Source: Oscillospiraceae bacterium (lineage in GTDB: Bacteria > Bacillota > Clostridia > Oscillospirales > Ruminococcaceae). Taken from it: DNA of 54,579 nucleotides. Location: positions 1 through 54,579 of the forward strand of contig DXNX01000001.1 in assembly GCA_019413245.1 (NCBI GenBank), read 5' to 3'. The position numbers and the translations under genes are program-made. This document shows positions 36,787 to 47,698 of the stretch, piece by piece (position 1 is the first letter of the stretch; each line of letters begins with the position of its first letter). The notes under the pieces are model-generated. The model saw only the letters and a list, made by a program, of their open reading frames with translations, searched no databases and was not told where the DNA came from.

Positions 36787-37803
36787 TCAGGCGGTTTGCT
36801 CAAGCTGGGACAGCTGATAGTCGGCTTCCGCCTGGTTTTCGGCGGTTGCCTCGGCCATGGTCTGGGTATAGGTCTCGGCGTCCTTGTCCCAGCTTTCAAA
36901 CCCGGGCTGACCGCGATGGTCCTCCAGGGTATAGGTTCCGGTCAGGTACTGCCCCAGAACATCGGTCAGTTTCTGGGCGCCCAGCACATTCAGATGGGAA
37001 CCGCCGTCCGGGGTGTCGGTATGCCAGTCGATGCCGGGGTTCAGATCGGCCATATTGTAGTCCAGATAGGTCAGACCGTACTCATCGGCAAAGTCCTGGA
37101 CGCCGTTGTGACGGGCCAGATTCCAGCTGGACGAGGCCGGCACCGTGATGAGCAGCAGCTCGCTGTCATGCTCTTCGCACAGGGCCACAATACGCTTCAT
37201 ATACAGCCGCACCAAAAACGGGATAGGCTCCCGGGAACCGTCATCGTACATGTAGTCCCCGCGGGTGCTGGCCCCCACCGTGGTAATGGGCGTAAATCCC
37301 TTGTTGGTGTCCCGCCAGCTGTAATCGTGTTCCTCAAAGAGGTTGTCCGGGGTCAGGTCCTTCCAGTTGTCGTGGAAGCGCACCAGCGGGATCAGCTCGT
37401 CGGTGATGTCCCCGATGGCGGCCTGGAGCTCGGTTTCATTGCCCATACGGCTGTACACCACATCCGTACACAGCACCACCACCTTGGGGGACTGTTCCTC
37501 ATAAATGGAGCGCAGACGATAATAAATGTTATACACTGACAGCCAGCCGGAGGCATAGGTATAGCCGGTCACACCGCTGTCGCAGTACCACTGCATGGGG
37601 GAAATGCCCTGGGCAGCGTTGGAATCCCCTATGACCAGCACGTCGATGGTATCGAAGTCCTCGCCCAGGATGCCGCCGGCCGTGTAGCCGGACAGATAGC
37701 GGTTGGAGTGGGGCATCAGATAATGCCCCGCCAGAAACACCGCCATGGCCAGCACCAGCAGGAAAGCGGCCACATGGAGAATGTGTTTGATGCAGGATCT
37801 CAT
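36787..37803 (-). CDS. SGNH-like acyltransferase (DltD/AlgJ position)
   Basis: N-terminal anchor; GDS block I; DGGSHLN D-x-x-x-H motif. Confidence 0.8.
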   Translation of the reverse strand: MRSCIKHILHVAAFLLVLAMAVFLAGHYLMPHSNRYLSGYTAGGILGEDFDTIDVLVIGDSNAAQGISPMQWYCDSGVTGYTYASGWLSVYNIYYRLRSIYEEQSPKVVVLCTDVVYSRMGNETELQAAIGDITDELIPLVRFHDNWKDLTPDNLFEEHDYSWRDTNKGFTPITTVGASTRGDYMYDDGSREPIPFLVRLYMKRIVALCEEHDSELLLITVPASSSWNLARHNGVQDFADEYGLTYLDYNMADLNPGIDWHTDTPDGGSHLNVLGAQKLTDVLGQYLTGTYTLEDHRGQPGFESWDKDAETYTQTMAEATAENQAEADYQLSQLEQTA

Positions 37804-37812
37804 AATACTCCC

Positions 37813-39381
37813 TTAGAATTGCGCGTAAATAAAAGCAGCGGGGTCGTAGTGATCGCCGTAAGCGCCGAAAATCATGATGGACAGCACCGCGCCGATATAC
37901 ACGGCCCAGCGCAGCGCCAGCGGCCGCACCGCCAGTTCGGCACGCAGCTGATGGCCGCGATGATGCAGCCAGTCCACCGCAAACAGCACCGCAGCACCGA
38001 TGGCCAGCACCGCCATATCCCGGGCGTCCAGCTTGATGAGCAGGGAACCCTGATACGGCACGAAAAGCGAGCGGAGCATGTCCAGCGCCGCCCACACACC
38101 GTTGGAGCGGAAGAGCAGCATGCCGAAGTTGACCAGCACAAAGGTGCGCAGCACCTGCCACAGCCGGTAGGGCCGGGTCTTGCGCCAGGCGGGCAGGTCG
38201 GGCATCAGGCGCAAAAGCGCCGGTTCGGCCAGCTCGCCCAGCCATTGCAGGACAAAATAATAAAGTCCGTACAGCAGATACAGCCATCCGGCCCCGTGCC
38301 ACAGACCGATCAGGGCCCAGGTGATGCCCAGCCCCAGCCATACCGGCCACTGGCGGGCCGCGGCAGGGCTGACTTTTTCCCGGCAGAAGCGGGCAAATTT
38401 CTGCATGGGTCTGCTGAGAATGAGAGGCTGGAACACATATTCCCGCAGCCAGGCCCCCAACGTGATATGCCAGCGGCGCCAGAATTCGCCCACGCTGGCC
38501 GAGAAGAACGGCTGCCGGAAGTTTTCAGCCGGGTGAATGCCGAACAGCTCCGCCGAACCGCAGACAATATCCATACAGCCGGAAAATTCGGCGTACAGCT
38601 GCAAAGTATACAGCAATACGCCCAGTGCCGTAGCGGCGCCGCTGTACTTGGTCCAGTCGTCGAAGACGGCCTTCACATACATGTTGGCGCGGTCAGCAAT
38701 GACCATTTTCTTGAACAGACCCCAGACAATGCGCTGGATGCCGAAAGTCAGGTTCCGATAGGAGGGCGGCGGCGGATTCAGCAGCGAAGGCGACAGCGCA
38801 CCGTATCGGTCGAAGGGGCCTTCCACCACATGGGGCCAGAAGCTCAGGAACAGCAGCACCTGCCAGTACCGGCCGGCTGCCTTGCAGCTGCCCCGGTACA
38901 CATCCACCATATAACTGATGGCCATGAGGGTGAAGAAGCTCAGGCCCATGGGCTGCACCAGGGAGGGCACGGTCAACACCGGAGACCCCGGCAGGGATTC
39001 CATGAGCTGGGACAGCACCCGGGCCCCGAACGGCAGGTATTTTACAAAGAGCAGAATCCCTGCCATGGCCACCACGCCGCCGGTGACCGCTATCTTTTTG
39101 AGGGCTGCCACCTGCTTTTTGAACGGCTTGCGCCGGTCCGGCGGCAAGGCCGGGCGGGTTTCGGCCTGCAGGTCATCCAGGCGTCCCAGCAAGAGCCCGG
39201 CACCCCAGGCAACGGCCGCTGCCAGCAAAATATATACGATGTATCGTTTGGTACTGGCGAAATAGAACACCAGGCTGGCCGCCAGCAGCACGCCGGGGCG
39301 CCATTTCTGAGGAGCCAGTGCCCACAGCAGCCAGGCTGCCCCCAGAAACACAAACAGATAGATAAAAGAATTGTAAGACAT
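37813..39381 (-). CDS. MBOAT family acyltransferase (DltB/AlgI-like)
   Basis: GLSFFTL..ISY.VDVYRG, GLFKKMVIADR, ENFRQPF, FWRRWHITLG, GLWHGA, FIYAQF. Confidence 0.93.
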   Translation of the reverse strand: MSYNSFIYLFVFLGAAWLLWALAPQKWRPGVLLAASLVFYFASTKRYIVYILLAAAVAWGAGLLLGRLDDLQAETRPALPPDRRKPFKKQVAALKKIAVTGGVVAMAGILLFVKYLPFGARVLSQLMESLPGSPVLTVPSLVQPMGLSFFTLMAISYMVDVYRGSCKAAGRYWQVLLFLSFWPHVVEGPFDRYGALSPSLLNPPPPSYRNLTFGIQRIVWGLFKKMVIADRANMYVKAVFDDWTKYSGAATALGVLLYTLQLYAEFSGCMDIVCGSAELFGIHPAENFRQPFFSASVGEFWRRWHITLGAWLREYVFQPLILSRPMQKFARFCREKVSPAAARQWPVWLGLGITWALIGLWHGAGWLYLLYGLYYFVLQWLGELAEPALLRLMPDLPAWRKTRPYRLWQVLRTFVLVNFGMLLFRSNGVWAALDMLRSLFVPYQGSLLIKLDARDMAVLAIGAAVLFAVDWLHHRGHQLRAELAVRPLALRWAVYIGAVLSIMIFGAYGDHYDPAAFIYAQF

Positions 39382-39390
39382 ACCTGCCCC

Positions 39391-39627
39391 TTACTCTTCT
39401 TCCAGCCGCTGCACCAGGGCCAGAATGGCCTGCGGTGTGCGGAAGTTTTCCTCCTTGAGGTCCAGCGGGGTGATCTCGATGTCGAATTCACCGGTCAGCG
39501 CCATGACCAGGGACATGATGTCCACCGAATCCAGTTTGCCGCTCTTGACCAGTTCCTCCTCCGGTGCGGGATGCAGGCCGGGTTTGACTTCCTCGATCAG
39601 TGCAATGATTTCGTCGATGGTATGCAT
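39391..39627 (-). CDS. Acyl/aminoacyl carrier protein (DltC-like)
   Basis: 78 aa, acidic; GKLDSVDIM Ppant-Ser motif; ENF; AAGGAG RBS. Confidence 0.88.
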   Translation of the reverse strand: MHTIDEIIALIEEVKPGLHPAPEEELVKSGKLDSVDIMSLVMALTGEFDIEITPLDLKEENFRTPQAILALVQRLEEE

Positions 39628-39646
39628 AGGTATTCTCCTTTTTGGT

Positions 39647-41158
39647 TCAAAGCATGGCGGCCAGGGCCTTGCGGTCCACCTTGCCGTTGGCATTGTGGGG
39701 CATCTGCCGCAGACGCCGGTATTCGGCAGGCTGCATGTAGGGAGGCAGCCGTCCGGCCAGCCGGGCGCGGAGTTCTTCGCTCACATCCTTCTTCCCCTGG
39801 AAAAACAGCACCAGGCGGTCCCGGGCGGCATCGTACAGGCAGGCACATTCGTCCAGCTTTTCCTGCCCGAACGCCGCCGTCTCGATCTCGCCGGGTTCGA
39901 TGCGATACCCCATGTGTTTGATCTGGTTATCCAGACGCCCACAGTAGACCAGTTCTCCCCTGTCGTTATACCGCACCAGATCCCCGGTACGGTAGATCCG
40001 TTCGGGATAAGAGGTCTGCGCGGGATTGGGCACAAAGCGCTCGGCGGTCTTTTCCGGCTGACGGTAGTACCCCGCCGCCACAAAGCTACCGCGCACACAC
40101 AGTTCTCCGGCTTCGTCCGGGGCAGCAGGACGGTCACCGCACAGGATCAGCAGTCCGCAGTTGGAACAGGCACGCCCGATGGGCAGGCTCTCATCGTCCC
40201 GGAATTCCCGGTCCAGCTCATAGTACGCGCAGATGTCGGTGGTTTCGGTGGGGCCGTACAGGTTGGCAAACCGGGCATTGGGGTAATGGGCCCGCCAGTA
40301 GTTCAGCTTGGCCGTGGGCATGACCTCCCCCGCAAAGAGGATGGTATGCAGCGGCGGCGCGGCGGTATAGTCCAGCGCTTTCCAGTTGGCCACGATGCCC
40401 AGGGCCGAAGGCACCCAGTACAGGGTATTGACTTTCCGGGCACACAGGTATTCCAGCAGCTGCACCGGAAAGCTGAACAGCCGTCGGGGCAGCACCTGCA
40501 CGCAGGCTCCGCTGCGCAGGGCCCCGTACAGGTCGGTCACCGACATGGAGAAGTAGAAAGGCGTCTGGTTGCCCAGCACGGTTTCCGGCGAAAAATCAAA
40601 CGTGGAAACCACCCATTCACTGTATGCCAGTACGTTCCGATGGGTAACAGCCACCCCCTTGGGCAGTCCGGTGGAGCCGGAGGTGAACAGCACATAGGCA
40701 AGGTCTGTATCCACCACCGCCTGCCGCAAAGCGGTCATGCGGGGCGCATCGGGTTCGGTGGCCGCCGCAGATTCGTATTCCAGTACGGGAAACGGCCCGG
40801 CCAGCTCTCCGGCTGCGTCCGCATGGGCGGCATCGGTGAGAAGCACGGCCGGTTCCAGCTGGTTCAGAATGGCCCGGACCCGTTCCGGCGGCTGGGCGGT
40901 ATCCAGTACGGTGTAAAAACCGCCGGCGGCCAGCACTCCCAGCATGGCGTGAACGGCAGCAGCGCCCCGTTCCATGTACACCGCTACCGGACGGTGCAAT
41001 ACGCCCCCGGGCAGCTTGTCCAGCGCCGTGCCCACAGCGTTCACCGCACAGCGTGTCCCATCCCAGGTAAAAGCTGTGGTCTCATCGCAGTAGCTGGGCG
41101 ACTGCGGCCACAAGGTGGCCGTGCGGTCCAGCAGTTCCAGAATATGATGCACAGGCAC
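39647..41158 (-). CDS. Stand-alone adenylation domain (DltA-like)
   Basis: YVLFTSGSTGLPKGV, NLYGPTE, YRTGDL, QIKHMGYRIE, NGKVDRK; GTG start. Confidence 0.9.
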   Translation of the reverse strand: MPVHHILELLDRTATLWPQSPSYCDETTAFTWDGTRCAVNAVGTALDKLPGGVLHRPVAVYMERGAAAVHAMLGVLAAGGFYTVLDTAQPPERVRAILNQLEPAVLLTDAAHADAAGELAGPFPVLEYESAAATEPDAPRMTALRQAVVDTDLAYVLFTSGSTGLPKGVAVTHRNVLAYSEWVVSTFDFSPETVLGNQTPFYFSMSVTDLYGALRSGACVQVLPRRLFSFPVQLLEYLCARKVNTLYWVPSALGIVANWKALDYTAAPPLHTILFAGEVMPTAKLNYWRAHYPNARFANLYGPTETTDICAYYELDREFRDDESLPIGRACSNCGLLILCGDRPAAPDEAGELCVRGSFVAAGYYRQPEKTAERFVPNPAQTSYPERIYRTGDLVRYNDRGELVYCGRLDNQIKHMGYRIEPGEIETAAFGQEKLDECACLYDAARDRLVLFFQGKKDVSEELRARLAGRLPPYMQPAEYRRLRQMPHNANGKVDRKALAAML

Positions 41159-41262
41159 GCACTCCTTTCTTTGCCCGGTTTTGGATATGGCTCCTATTAT
41201 AGCACGCTGGTTTGTGCGAAACCGGCAAAGAAACGGCAAAGACCGGCCCCTGCGTTGATGCA

Positions 41263-41305
41263 GAAAAGCGCGCAGCTGTTTTTTCATCACAGCTGCGCGC
41301 TTTTC
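41263..41305 (-). terminator. Terminator after ilvE
   Basis: gaaaagcgcgcagctg/cagctgcgcgcttttc inverted repeat. Confidence 0.75.
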
Positions 41306-41351
41306 TCAAGTTGTTTTCAAATGTAAAAGTTTTGCGAAAGTTGCCTGTTTA

Positions 41352-42431
41352 TCAGTACTTGGGCTCCACTTTCACGGTCCAGCCCTTGGTATCGGGCAGC
41401 TTGCCCCACTGGATGCCGGTGAGGGTATCGTACAGTTTCTGGGTCAGGGGGCCGATCTTGCCGCCGCCGATCATGGCAGCCTTGCCTTCCCAATCCAGCT
41501 CCTTGACGGGGCTGACGACAGCGGCGGTACCGGTGCCGAAGACTTCTTCCAGCTTGCCTTCGTCGGCGGCCTTCATGACATCGGCGATGGCCAGTTTGCC
41601 TTCGACGACCTCATAGCCCCAGTCCTTCAGCAGTTCGATGATGGAGCGGCGGGTTACACCGGGCAGGACGGTGCCGGTGCAGGCGGCGGTGTAGATCTTG
41701 CCGTCGATCTTGAACATGATGTTCATGGAACCGACTTCCTCGACGTACTTCTTTTCCACGCCGTCCAGCCACAGAACCTGGCTGAAGCCCTTTTCCTCGG
41801 CCAGTTCACCGGCCTTGATGGAAGCCGCGTAGTTGCCGCCGCACTTGGTGAAGCCGGTCAGGCCCGGGGCAGCACGGATGTATTCATCTTCCACATAGAT
41901 GCGGACCGGGTCCAGGCCCTCGGCGTAGTAGGCACCGGAGGGAGAGCAGATGATGACGAAGAGATAATGACGGGATGCATGCACGCCCAGGCCCACATCG
42001 GTGGCAAAGGCGAAGGGACGGATATACAGCGAAGCGCCGTCAGTATGGGGGACCCAATCGCGGTCAATGTCCACGAGGGCTTCCACAGCCTGGATGAAAT
42101 CCTCCACCGGAATCGGCGGCATGCACAGACGGTCGGCCGAATCCTGGAAGCGCTTGGCATTGCAGTCGGGACGGAACAGCTGGATGGTATTGTCTGCCGT
42201 GCGGTAGGCTTTCATACCTTCAAAAATTTCCTGCGCGTAATGGAAAACCGTGGTGGCGGGGTCCATGGGCAGACTCCCGTAGGGCACAATACGGGGGTCG
42301 TGCCAGCCTTCGCCGGCGGTGTAGTCCATCAGGAACATATGGTCGGTAAAGATCTTACCGAAGCCGAGCTTGCTCTCGTCCTGAGGTTTTTGTTTGGGTG
42401 TCTGGGTACGAGTGACCTTGATGTCCAACAT
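41352..42431 (-). CDS. ilvE: Branched-chain amino acid aminotransferase
   Basis: HYAQEIFEGMKA, KCGGNYA, EEVGSMN, LPGVTR, GTGTAA. Confidence 0.97.
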   Translation of the reverse strand: MLDIKVTRTQTPKQKPQDESKLGFGKIFTDHMFLMDYTAGEGWHDPRIVPYGSLPMDPATTVFHYAQEIFEGMKAYRTADNTIQLFRPDCNAKRFQDSADRLCMPPIPVEDFIQAVEALVDIDRDWVPHTDGASLYIRPFAFATDVGLGVHASRHYLFVIICSPSGAYYAEGLDPVRIYVEDEYIRAAPGLTGFTKCGGNYAASIKAGELAEEKGFSQVLWLDGVEKKYVEEVGSMNIMFKIDGKIYTAACTGTVLPGVTRRSIIELLKDWGYEVVEGKLAIADVMKAADEGKLEEVFGTGTAAVVSPVKELDWEGKAAMIGGGKIGPLTQKLYDTLTGIQWGKLPDTKGWTVKVEPKY

Positions 42432-42534
42432 TTTTCCTTCTCTCCTTACTATCGCACAAAATATTCGCACAAAACAGCTTACGCGGCCGTCCGGCGCCAC
42501 ACCGCGATGGGCAGTCCGTATAGCTATGCCCCTT

Positions 42535-42612
42535 ATTATAGCGCTGTAAAGTGTTGAATACAAGCCCCAAAGCAGAACTTTTGTTGCAAGGTTCCGCTTT
42601 TTGCGGTACAAT
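42535..42612. promoter_or_regulatory. Divergent SigA promoters for ilvE and HAD gene
   Basis: Minus: TTGTAT-N17-TATAAT (42535-42563). Plus: TTGCAA-N17-TACAAT (42584-42612). Confidence 0.7.
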
Positions 42613-42651
42613 AAGGGCGCAATTACCGGTATATGAGAAGGAGAAGGTATA

Positions 42652-43305
42652 ATGGTCAAGGGCGTTATTTTTGACATGGACGGCCTGATGTTCGACACCG
42701 AACGTCTGTGGGACACTTTCTGGGAGCCATGCTGCAAGCGGCTGGGCCTGCCCATGCCCACGCCGGAATTCAAGGCCAGCGGCCGCGGTCTGGCCGGGGA
42801 AAATCTGAAGCGGCACCTGGTGGAGTTTTATCCCCAGGTGGACCCCGATTTGATGCTGAAGGCCGTATATGAGGTGGCTGAGGAACGGTTCCGCCATCCG
42901 GTCCCCTGCAAGCCGGGTCTACGCGAACTGCTGGACTGGCTGAAGGAGCACCACATCCCCTGCATTGTGGCCAGTTCCAGCCCCCGCAGCATCATTGAGA
43001 ATAACCTGAAAAACACCGGCGTGGACGGGTATTTTCAGGGCGTTGTGTGCGGTGCGGATGCAGAACATTCCAAGCCTGCACCGGATATTTTTCTGAAAGC
43101 CGCTGCCCAGCTGGGTTTGCCTGCCACCGAATGCCTGGTGCTGGAGGACAGCTTCAACGGTGTGCGCGCCGGCCATGCGGCAGGTGCCGTGACCGTGATG
43201 GTTCCCGATCTGGCCCAGCCCGATGAGGAAATCAAACAACTTTACACCTACTGCTGCCACGACCTGTTGGAAGTGCGGCAGATGCTGGAGGACGGCAAGC
43301 TGTAA
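42652..43305 (+). CDS. HAD family phosphatase (beta-PGM/CbbY-like)
   Basis: FDMDGLMFDTE, ASSS, KPAPDIF, LEDS. Confidence 0.92.
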   Translation: MVKGVIFDMDGLMFDTERLWDTFWEPCCKRLGLPMPTPEFKASGRGLAGENLKRHLVEFYPQVDPDLMLKAVYEVAEERFRHPVPCKPGLRELLDWLKEHHIPCIVASSSPRSIIENNLKNTGVDGYFQGVVCGADAEHSKPAPDIFLKAAAQLGLPATECLVLEDSFNGVRAGHAAGAVTVMVPDLAQPDEEIKQLYTYCCHDLLEVRQMLEDGKL

Positions 43306-43356
43306 AGCGGCCCCGCTTTTTTCCCCTTCTTTTCTCCGCATACTGTATATACAGAC

Positions 43357-43391
43357 AAAAAACCGCCCCCGTGCCAAGCACGGGGGCGGTT
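43357..43391. terminator. Terminator between HAD gene and oppA
   Basis: aaaaaaccgcccccgtgc/gcacgggggcggtt. Confidence 0.8.
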
Positions 43392-43425
43392 CTTATTTGC
43401 TGTTCAAGCCGATGCGAGAATCAGA

Positions 43426-45354
43426 TCAGGCAGCGGTCTTGGTGGCATGGTGGAAGTACTTGTAGCCGAAAGCGTTGGTGTAAACGCCCTGGACATTGGA
43501 CTTCTGCATGTAGGGGTCGTTGTAGTAGTACAGAGGCACGACAGCCCAGGTTTCCATGAGCATGTCTTCAGCCTGATGCATCAGAGCAACACGCTTGGTC
43601 AGGTCGGTCTCAGACTTGATGCTGGCGATCAGGTTGTTGTACTCGTCCCAGTTCTGCGGAGCATAGGAAGGAACGGTGCCGGCCTTGCCGGTGGCGGGAT
43701 CACGGCCGAACTGAGCGTCGTTGTTGCCGGAATCGGTGGTCCACATCTCGAGCATGTTGATGGGGTCATCGAAGTCGGCCAGCCAGCCCTGACGGCAGAC
43801 GTCGTAGTTGCCGGCCTTACGTTCGTTCAGGAAGACGTTCCAGGACTGGGTCTCGATGTCAACGGTGATGCCGATGGCAGCCATATCCTGCTGGATAGCA
43901 GCACCGATGTCTTCGTTGCCGGCGCCTTCGTTGACCAGGTAGGTGAAGGACAGCGGGGTGTCAGCGCTCAGCATGCCGTTGTCGTCGAACTGATAACCGG
44001 CGCTCTCCAGCAGGGAGATGGCCTTTTCGACGTTGGAATCGTAAGCTTCTTCAGTGGGATCGAAGTAACCGACGGAAGCCTCATCCGGGTAGGTGTAGCT
44101 GTCGGTGTTCTGACGGAACTCGCCGCCGTTGGAGTCGCTCATGCCGGTGGGGATGAAGGTGTTGGCCACTTCCTGACCGGTCTGGGCGATGGTGTCGACG
44201 ATGTACTGACGGTCGATCAGCAGGGTGATGGCTTCACGCATAGCGTTGGCCTGCTCCGGGGTCTTGCCCTCGAACAGGGTGGAGTTCACGTTGAAGCCAA
44301 CGTAGTAGGTGCCGATGTTATCAGCAACATAGAACTCGGGGTCAACATTGATGTGGTTGGGAACTTCCTCGGTAGGAATGGTATCGATGAAGTCCAGGTT
44401 GCCGGCCATGTAAGCGTTGTAGATAGCGGTATCGTCAGCGCTCAGCATGAACTGCAGGGTTTCGATGTTGACGCTGTCAGCATCGTAGTAGTTGGGGTTC
44501 TTGGTGTAGGTCATGCTCTCGTCATGGTTCCAAGCGGTGCAGGTGTAGGGACCGTTGGAGACGAAGCCGGCTTCCAGAGCCCAGGCGCCGGGGTTGGTGC
44601 CGTCGGTGTTGGCAGCTTCAACAGAAGCCTGCGGAACCGGGAAGAAGGTCGGGAAAGCGCACAGGCTCAGGAAATACGGGCAGGGGCTGACCAGGGTGAC
44701 GGTCAGGGTGTAGTCATCGGTAGCCTCGACACCGACCAGGATGTCGTTGGCTTCCTGCAGGGCCAGAGCGGCGTCGCTGTAGGTTTCTTCCGGAGTGGTG
44801 TACTCGGTACCGGCAGCAGCGGCAGCCTCAGCGGCAGCAGCGTCGTACTCGGGGTTGGGAACCATTTCCTCAGCAGCCTCGTTCTTGGCGATCAGGCCGT
44901 CGAACAGGTAGCTGTAGTCGGAAGCGGTCATCGGGTTGGCAGCACGGTTCCAGCTGTAGACAAAGTCCTTAGCGGTCAGGTCGGTGCCGTCGCTCCACTT
45001 GCTCTGACGCAGGTGGAAGGTGTAGGTCATGCCGTCCTCGGAAACGTCGTAGCTTTCCGCCACGCCCGGGGCCAGCTGGCCGTTTTCGTCGTAGGTCATC
45101 AGACCGACGAAGCTGTTGACAGCCAGAACGGCGCCGTCAACGGTGGAGTTCAGAGCCGGGTCCAGACGATCGGGCTCAGACGCCAGGTTGATGTACAGCG
45201 TGCTGGTGTCCGTGTTGAGCACGGAAGTCGAGGACGCGGTTTCCGAAGTCGCGGACGCCGAGGTCTCGCCGGTGGTTGCGGACTTGGAACCTCCGCAGCC
45301 AGCCAGGCTGACGACCATGGCGGCAGCGAGTGCAGATGCCATGAGCTTTTTCAT
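43426..45354 (-). CDS. oppA: Oligopeptide ABC transporter substrate-binding lipoprotein
   Basis: Lipobox LAGC; EPDRLDP, KWSDG, NGPY, KNPNYYD, GWLADFDDP. Confidence 0.93.
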   Translation of the reverse strand: MKKLMASALAAAMVVSLAGCGGSKSATTGETSASATSETASSTSVLNTDTSTLYINLASEPDRLDPALNSTVDGAVLAVNSFVGLMTYDENGQLAPGVAESYDVSEDGMTYTFHLRQSKWSDGTDLTAKDFVYSWNRAANPMTASDYSYLFDGLIAKNEAAEEMVPNPEYDAAAAEAAAAAGTEYTTPEETYSDAALALQEANDILVGVEATDDYTLTVTLVSPCPYFLSLCAFPTFFPVPQASVEAANTDGTNPGAWALEAGFVSNGPYTCTAWNHDESMTYTKNPNYYDADSVNIETLQFMLSADDTAIYNAYMAGNLDFIDTIPTEEVPNHINVDPEFYVADNIGTYYVGFNVNSTLFEGKTPEQANAMREAITLLIDRQYIVDTIAQTGQEVANTFIPTGMSDSNGGEFRQNTDSYTYPDEASVGYFDPTEEAYDSNVEKAISLLESAGYQFDDNGMLSADTPLSFTYLVNEGAGNEDIGAAIQQDMAAIGITVDIETQSWNVFLNERKAGNYDVCRQGWLADFDDPINMLEMWTTDSGNNDAQFGRDPATGKAGTVPSYAPQNWDEYNNLIASIKSETDLTKRVALMHQAEDMLMETWAVVPLYYYNDPYMQKSNVQGVYTNAFGYKYFHHATKTAA

Positions 45355-45626
45355 TGTTCTTTCCTCCTAGAGATTCTATCAGAAACCCCATACAAGGTGG
45401 ACGTTCCACCCTGTATGGGACTCCTCCTGATATAACGCCCATTATAAGTTCCGATTCCGGCATTTGCAATGCCGATACCAAATCTGTTGCTTTTCAGTCA
45501 CCATTTTTGGGCAAGGTGCCAAATTTCGCACAATAAAAGCGCCTTGTCGTTGTGCGTTCTGTTGAGCAAAATTCCGGCTCATGGGCGAAAAGCCGGCAAA
45601 TTTTCCCATTAATCGGGCCGCAGGTC

Positions 45627-46670
45627 TTACTTGTTCCAGCAGGCGACGTAGTGGCCGTTGCCGCGATCGGTGAACGGAGGCATGGCCTTGGCGCACTGCT
45701 CGGTGGCGTAACGGCAGCGGGTACGGAAGGGGCAGCCGCTGGGCATATGCAGCGGGCTGGGCACGTCCCCTTCCAGCACGATACGCTTGGACGCGCGGGC
45801 GGTACGCGGATCGGGCACCGGCACGGCGGACAGCAGGCTCTGGGTGTAGGGATGAATGGGGTTGTCGTTCAGTTCGTCGGCATCAGCCATTTCCATCATC
45901 TTGCCCAGGTACATAACAGCGATACGGTCGCTGATGTGGTGGACGACCAGCAGGTCGTGGGCAATGAACAGATAGGCAACGCCGAGCTTTGCCTGCAGGT
46001 CTTCAAACATGTTGACGACCTGGGCCTGGATGGAAACGTCCAGAGCGGAAACGGGCTCGTCGCAGACGATGAACTTGGGGTTGACCGCCAGGGCACGGGC
46101 AATGCCGATACGCTGACGCTGACCGCCGGAGAACTCGTGGGGATACCGCATGGCATGCTCGGCGTTCAGACCGACCAGCTCCATCAGCTCCATAACGCGC
46201 TCGTGGCGTTCCTTCTTATTTTTGCACAGCTTATGCACGTCCAGAGGCTCACCGATGATGTCCTCGACGGTCATACGCGGGTTCAGCGAGGAGTACGGGT
46301 CCTGGAAGACCATCTGCATCTCCTTGCGGTAAGGCATCATGTCCACATGGACCTTCTTGCCCAGGATCGGCTTGCCCTTGGCATCCACCTTGAGCTGGCC
46401 GTTCTCATCGTACTGTTCGCCGCTGTCATAGATGACCTTGCCGTCGAACAGGATGCGGCCGCCGGTGGGCTTGTACAGCTGGAGCAGGGTACGGCCAACG
46501 GTGGTCTTGCCGCAGCCGGACTCACCGACCAGGCCCAGGGTCTCGCCCGGGCGGATGGAGAAGGAAACGTCATCCACAGCCTTGAGGTGGATGCTCTTGC
46601 CCATGCCGGCACGCACGGGGAAATATTCCTTCAAATGCTCGACCTGCAAAAGGTATTCGCTGTTTGCCAT
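45627..46670 (-). CDS. oppF: Oligopeptide ABC transporter ATPase
   Basis: [27 protein letters not shown]. Confidence 0.93.
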   Translation of the reverse strand: MANSEYLLQVEHLKEYFPVRAGMGKSIHLKAVDDVSFSIRPGETLGLVGESGCGKTTVGRTLLQLYKPTGGRILFDGKVIYDSGEQYDENGQLKVDAKGKPILGKKVHVDMMPYRKEMQMVFQDPYSSLNPRMTVEDIIGEPLDVHKLCKNKKERHERVMELMELVGLNAEHAMRYPHEFSGGQRQRIGIARALAVNPKFIVCDEPVSALDVSIQAQVVNMFEDLQAKLGVAYLFIAHDLLVVHHISDRIAVMYLGKMMEMADADELNDNPIHPYTQSLLSAVPVPDPRTARASKRIVLEGDVPSPLHMPSGCPFRTRCRYATEQCAKAMPPFTDRGNGHYVACWNK

Positions 46671-46671
46671 C

Positions 46672-47685
46672 TTACTTCCCCTCCTTTGCATTCTTCACGT
46701 TGAGCCAGCAAGAAGCCATATGGTGTTCGCCCACCTGGAGTTCCGGGGGCAGCTCGCGCAGGCAGATCTTCATGGCGGAATCACACCGGGGGCAGAATGC
46801 GCAGCCGGCCGGCAGATCCAGCATGTTGATGGGAGTGCCGCCGATGGGGACCAGACGCTCCTTCATGTTGGAGCCGGACGGGATCGAGCGCAGCAGACCC
46901 TTGGTGTATTCATGGGCCGGGGCATAGAAGATGTCGTCAGCGGTGCCGCGTTCGCAGACACGGCCGCCGTACATGACGATGATCTCATCGCACATGGAAG
47001 CGATGACGCCCAGGTCATGAGTAACGATGATGATGGCCATGCCCAGCTTCTTCTGCAGGTCCTGCATCAGTTCCAGGATCTGCGCCTGGATGGTCACGTC
47101 CAGAGCGGTGGTGGGCTCGTCGGCAATCAGGATATCGGGTTCGCAGGCCAGGGCCATGGCGATCATGACACGCTGACGCATACCGCCGGACAGCTCGTAC
47201 GGATACTGCTTGATACGCTTTTCCGGCTCATTGATGCCCACCAGTTCCAGCATTTCAATGGCGCGCTCTTTGGCCTGCGCCTTGTTGCGGTTGGTATGCA
47301 GCAGGATAGCTTCCATCAGCTGGTTGCCGATGGTGAACACGGGGTTCAGGCTGGTCATGGGGTCCTGGAAGATGATGGAGCAGCATTTGCCGCGGAAGGA
47401 CTGCATCTTCGTCTCGTCCCACTTGGTGATGTCCTCACCTTTGTACAGGATCTGGCCGCCGGTGACGCCGCCGTTCTCGGACAGGATGTCCATGATGGAA
47501 TAGGCGGTCACGGACTTGCCGGAACCGGATTCGCCCACGATGCCCAGAATCTTGCCGGGCTCCAGGGCAAAAGAAACACCGTTGACTGCATGCACTTCAG
47601 CACCCTTATCGGTGGAGAAGGTGGTATGCAGATCCTTGACTTCCAGAACGTATTTCCAGTTCTGGTTGTTCTTTACTTCACTCAT
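46672..47685 (-). CDS. oppD: Oligopeptide ABC transporter ATPase
   Basis: [30 protein letters not shown]. Confidence 0.94.
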   Translation of the reverse strand: MSEVKNNQNWKYVLEVKDLHTTFSTDKGAEVHAVNGVSFALEPGKILGIVGESGSGKSVTAYSIMDILSENGGVTGGQILYKGEDITKWDETKMQSFRGKCCSIIFQDPMTSLNPVFTIGNQLMEAILLHTNRNKAQAKERAIEMLELVGINEPEKRIKQYPYELSGGMRQRVMIAMALACEPDILIADEPTTALDVTIQAQILELMQDLQKKLGMAIIIVTHDLGVIASMCDEIIVMYGGRVCERGTADDIFYAPAHEYTKGLLRSIPSGSNMKERLVPIGGTPINMLDLPAGCAFCPRCDSAMKICLRELPPELQVGEHHMASCWLNVKNAKEGK

Positions 47686-47698
47686 ACTTTGCCCCTCC

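Noticed and set aside
42432..42773. Long N-terminal extensions in the ORF track (ilvE, also rnfC, MocR, cls, DltA-like, LCP-like, RnfA-like)
   Set aside because: They overlap promoters or neighbouring genes; downstream starts have better RBSs and match family N-termini.
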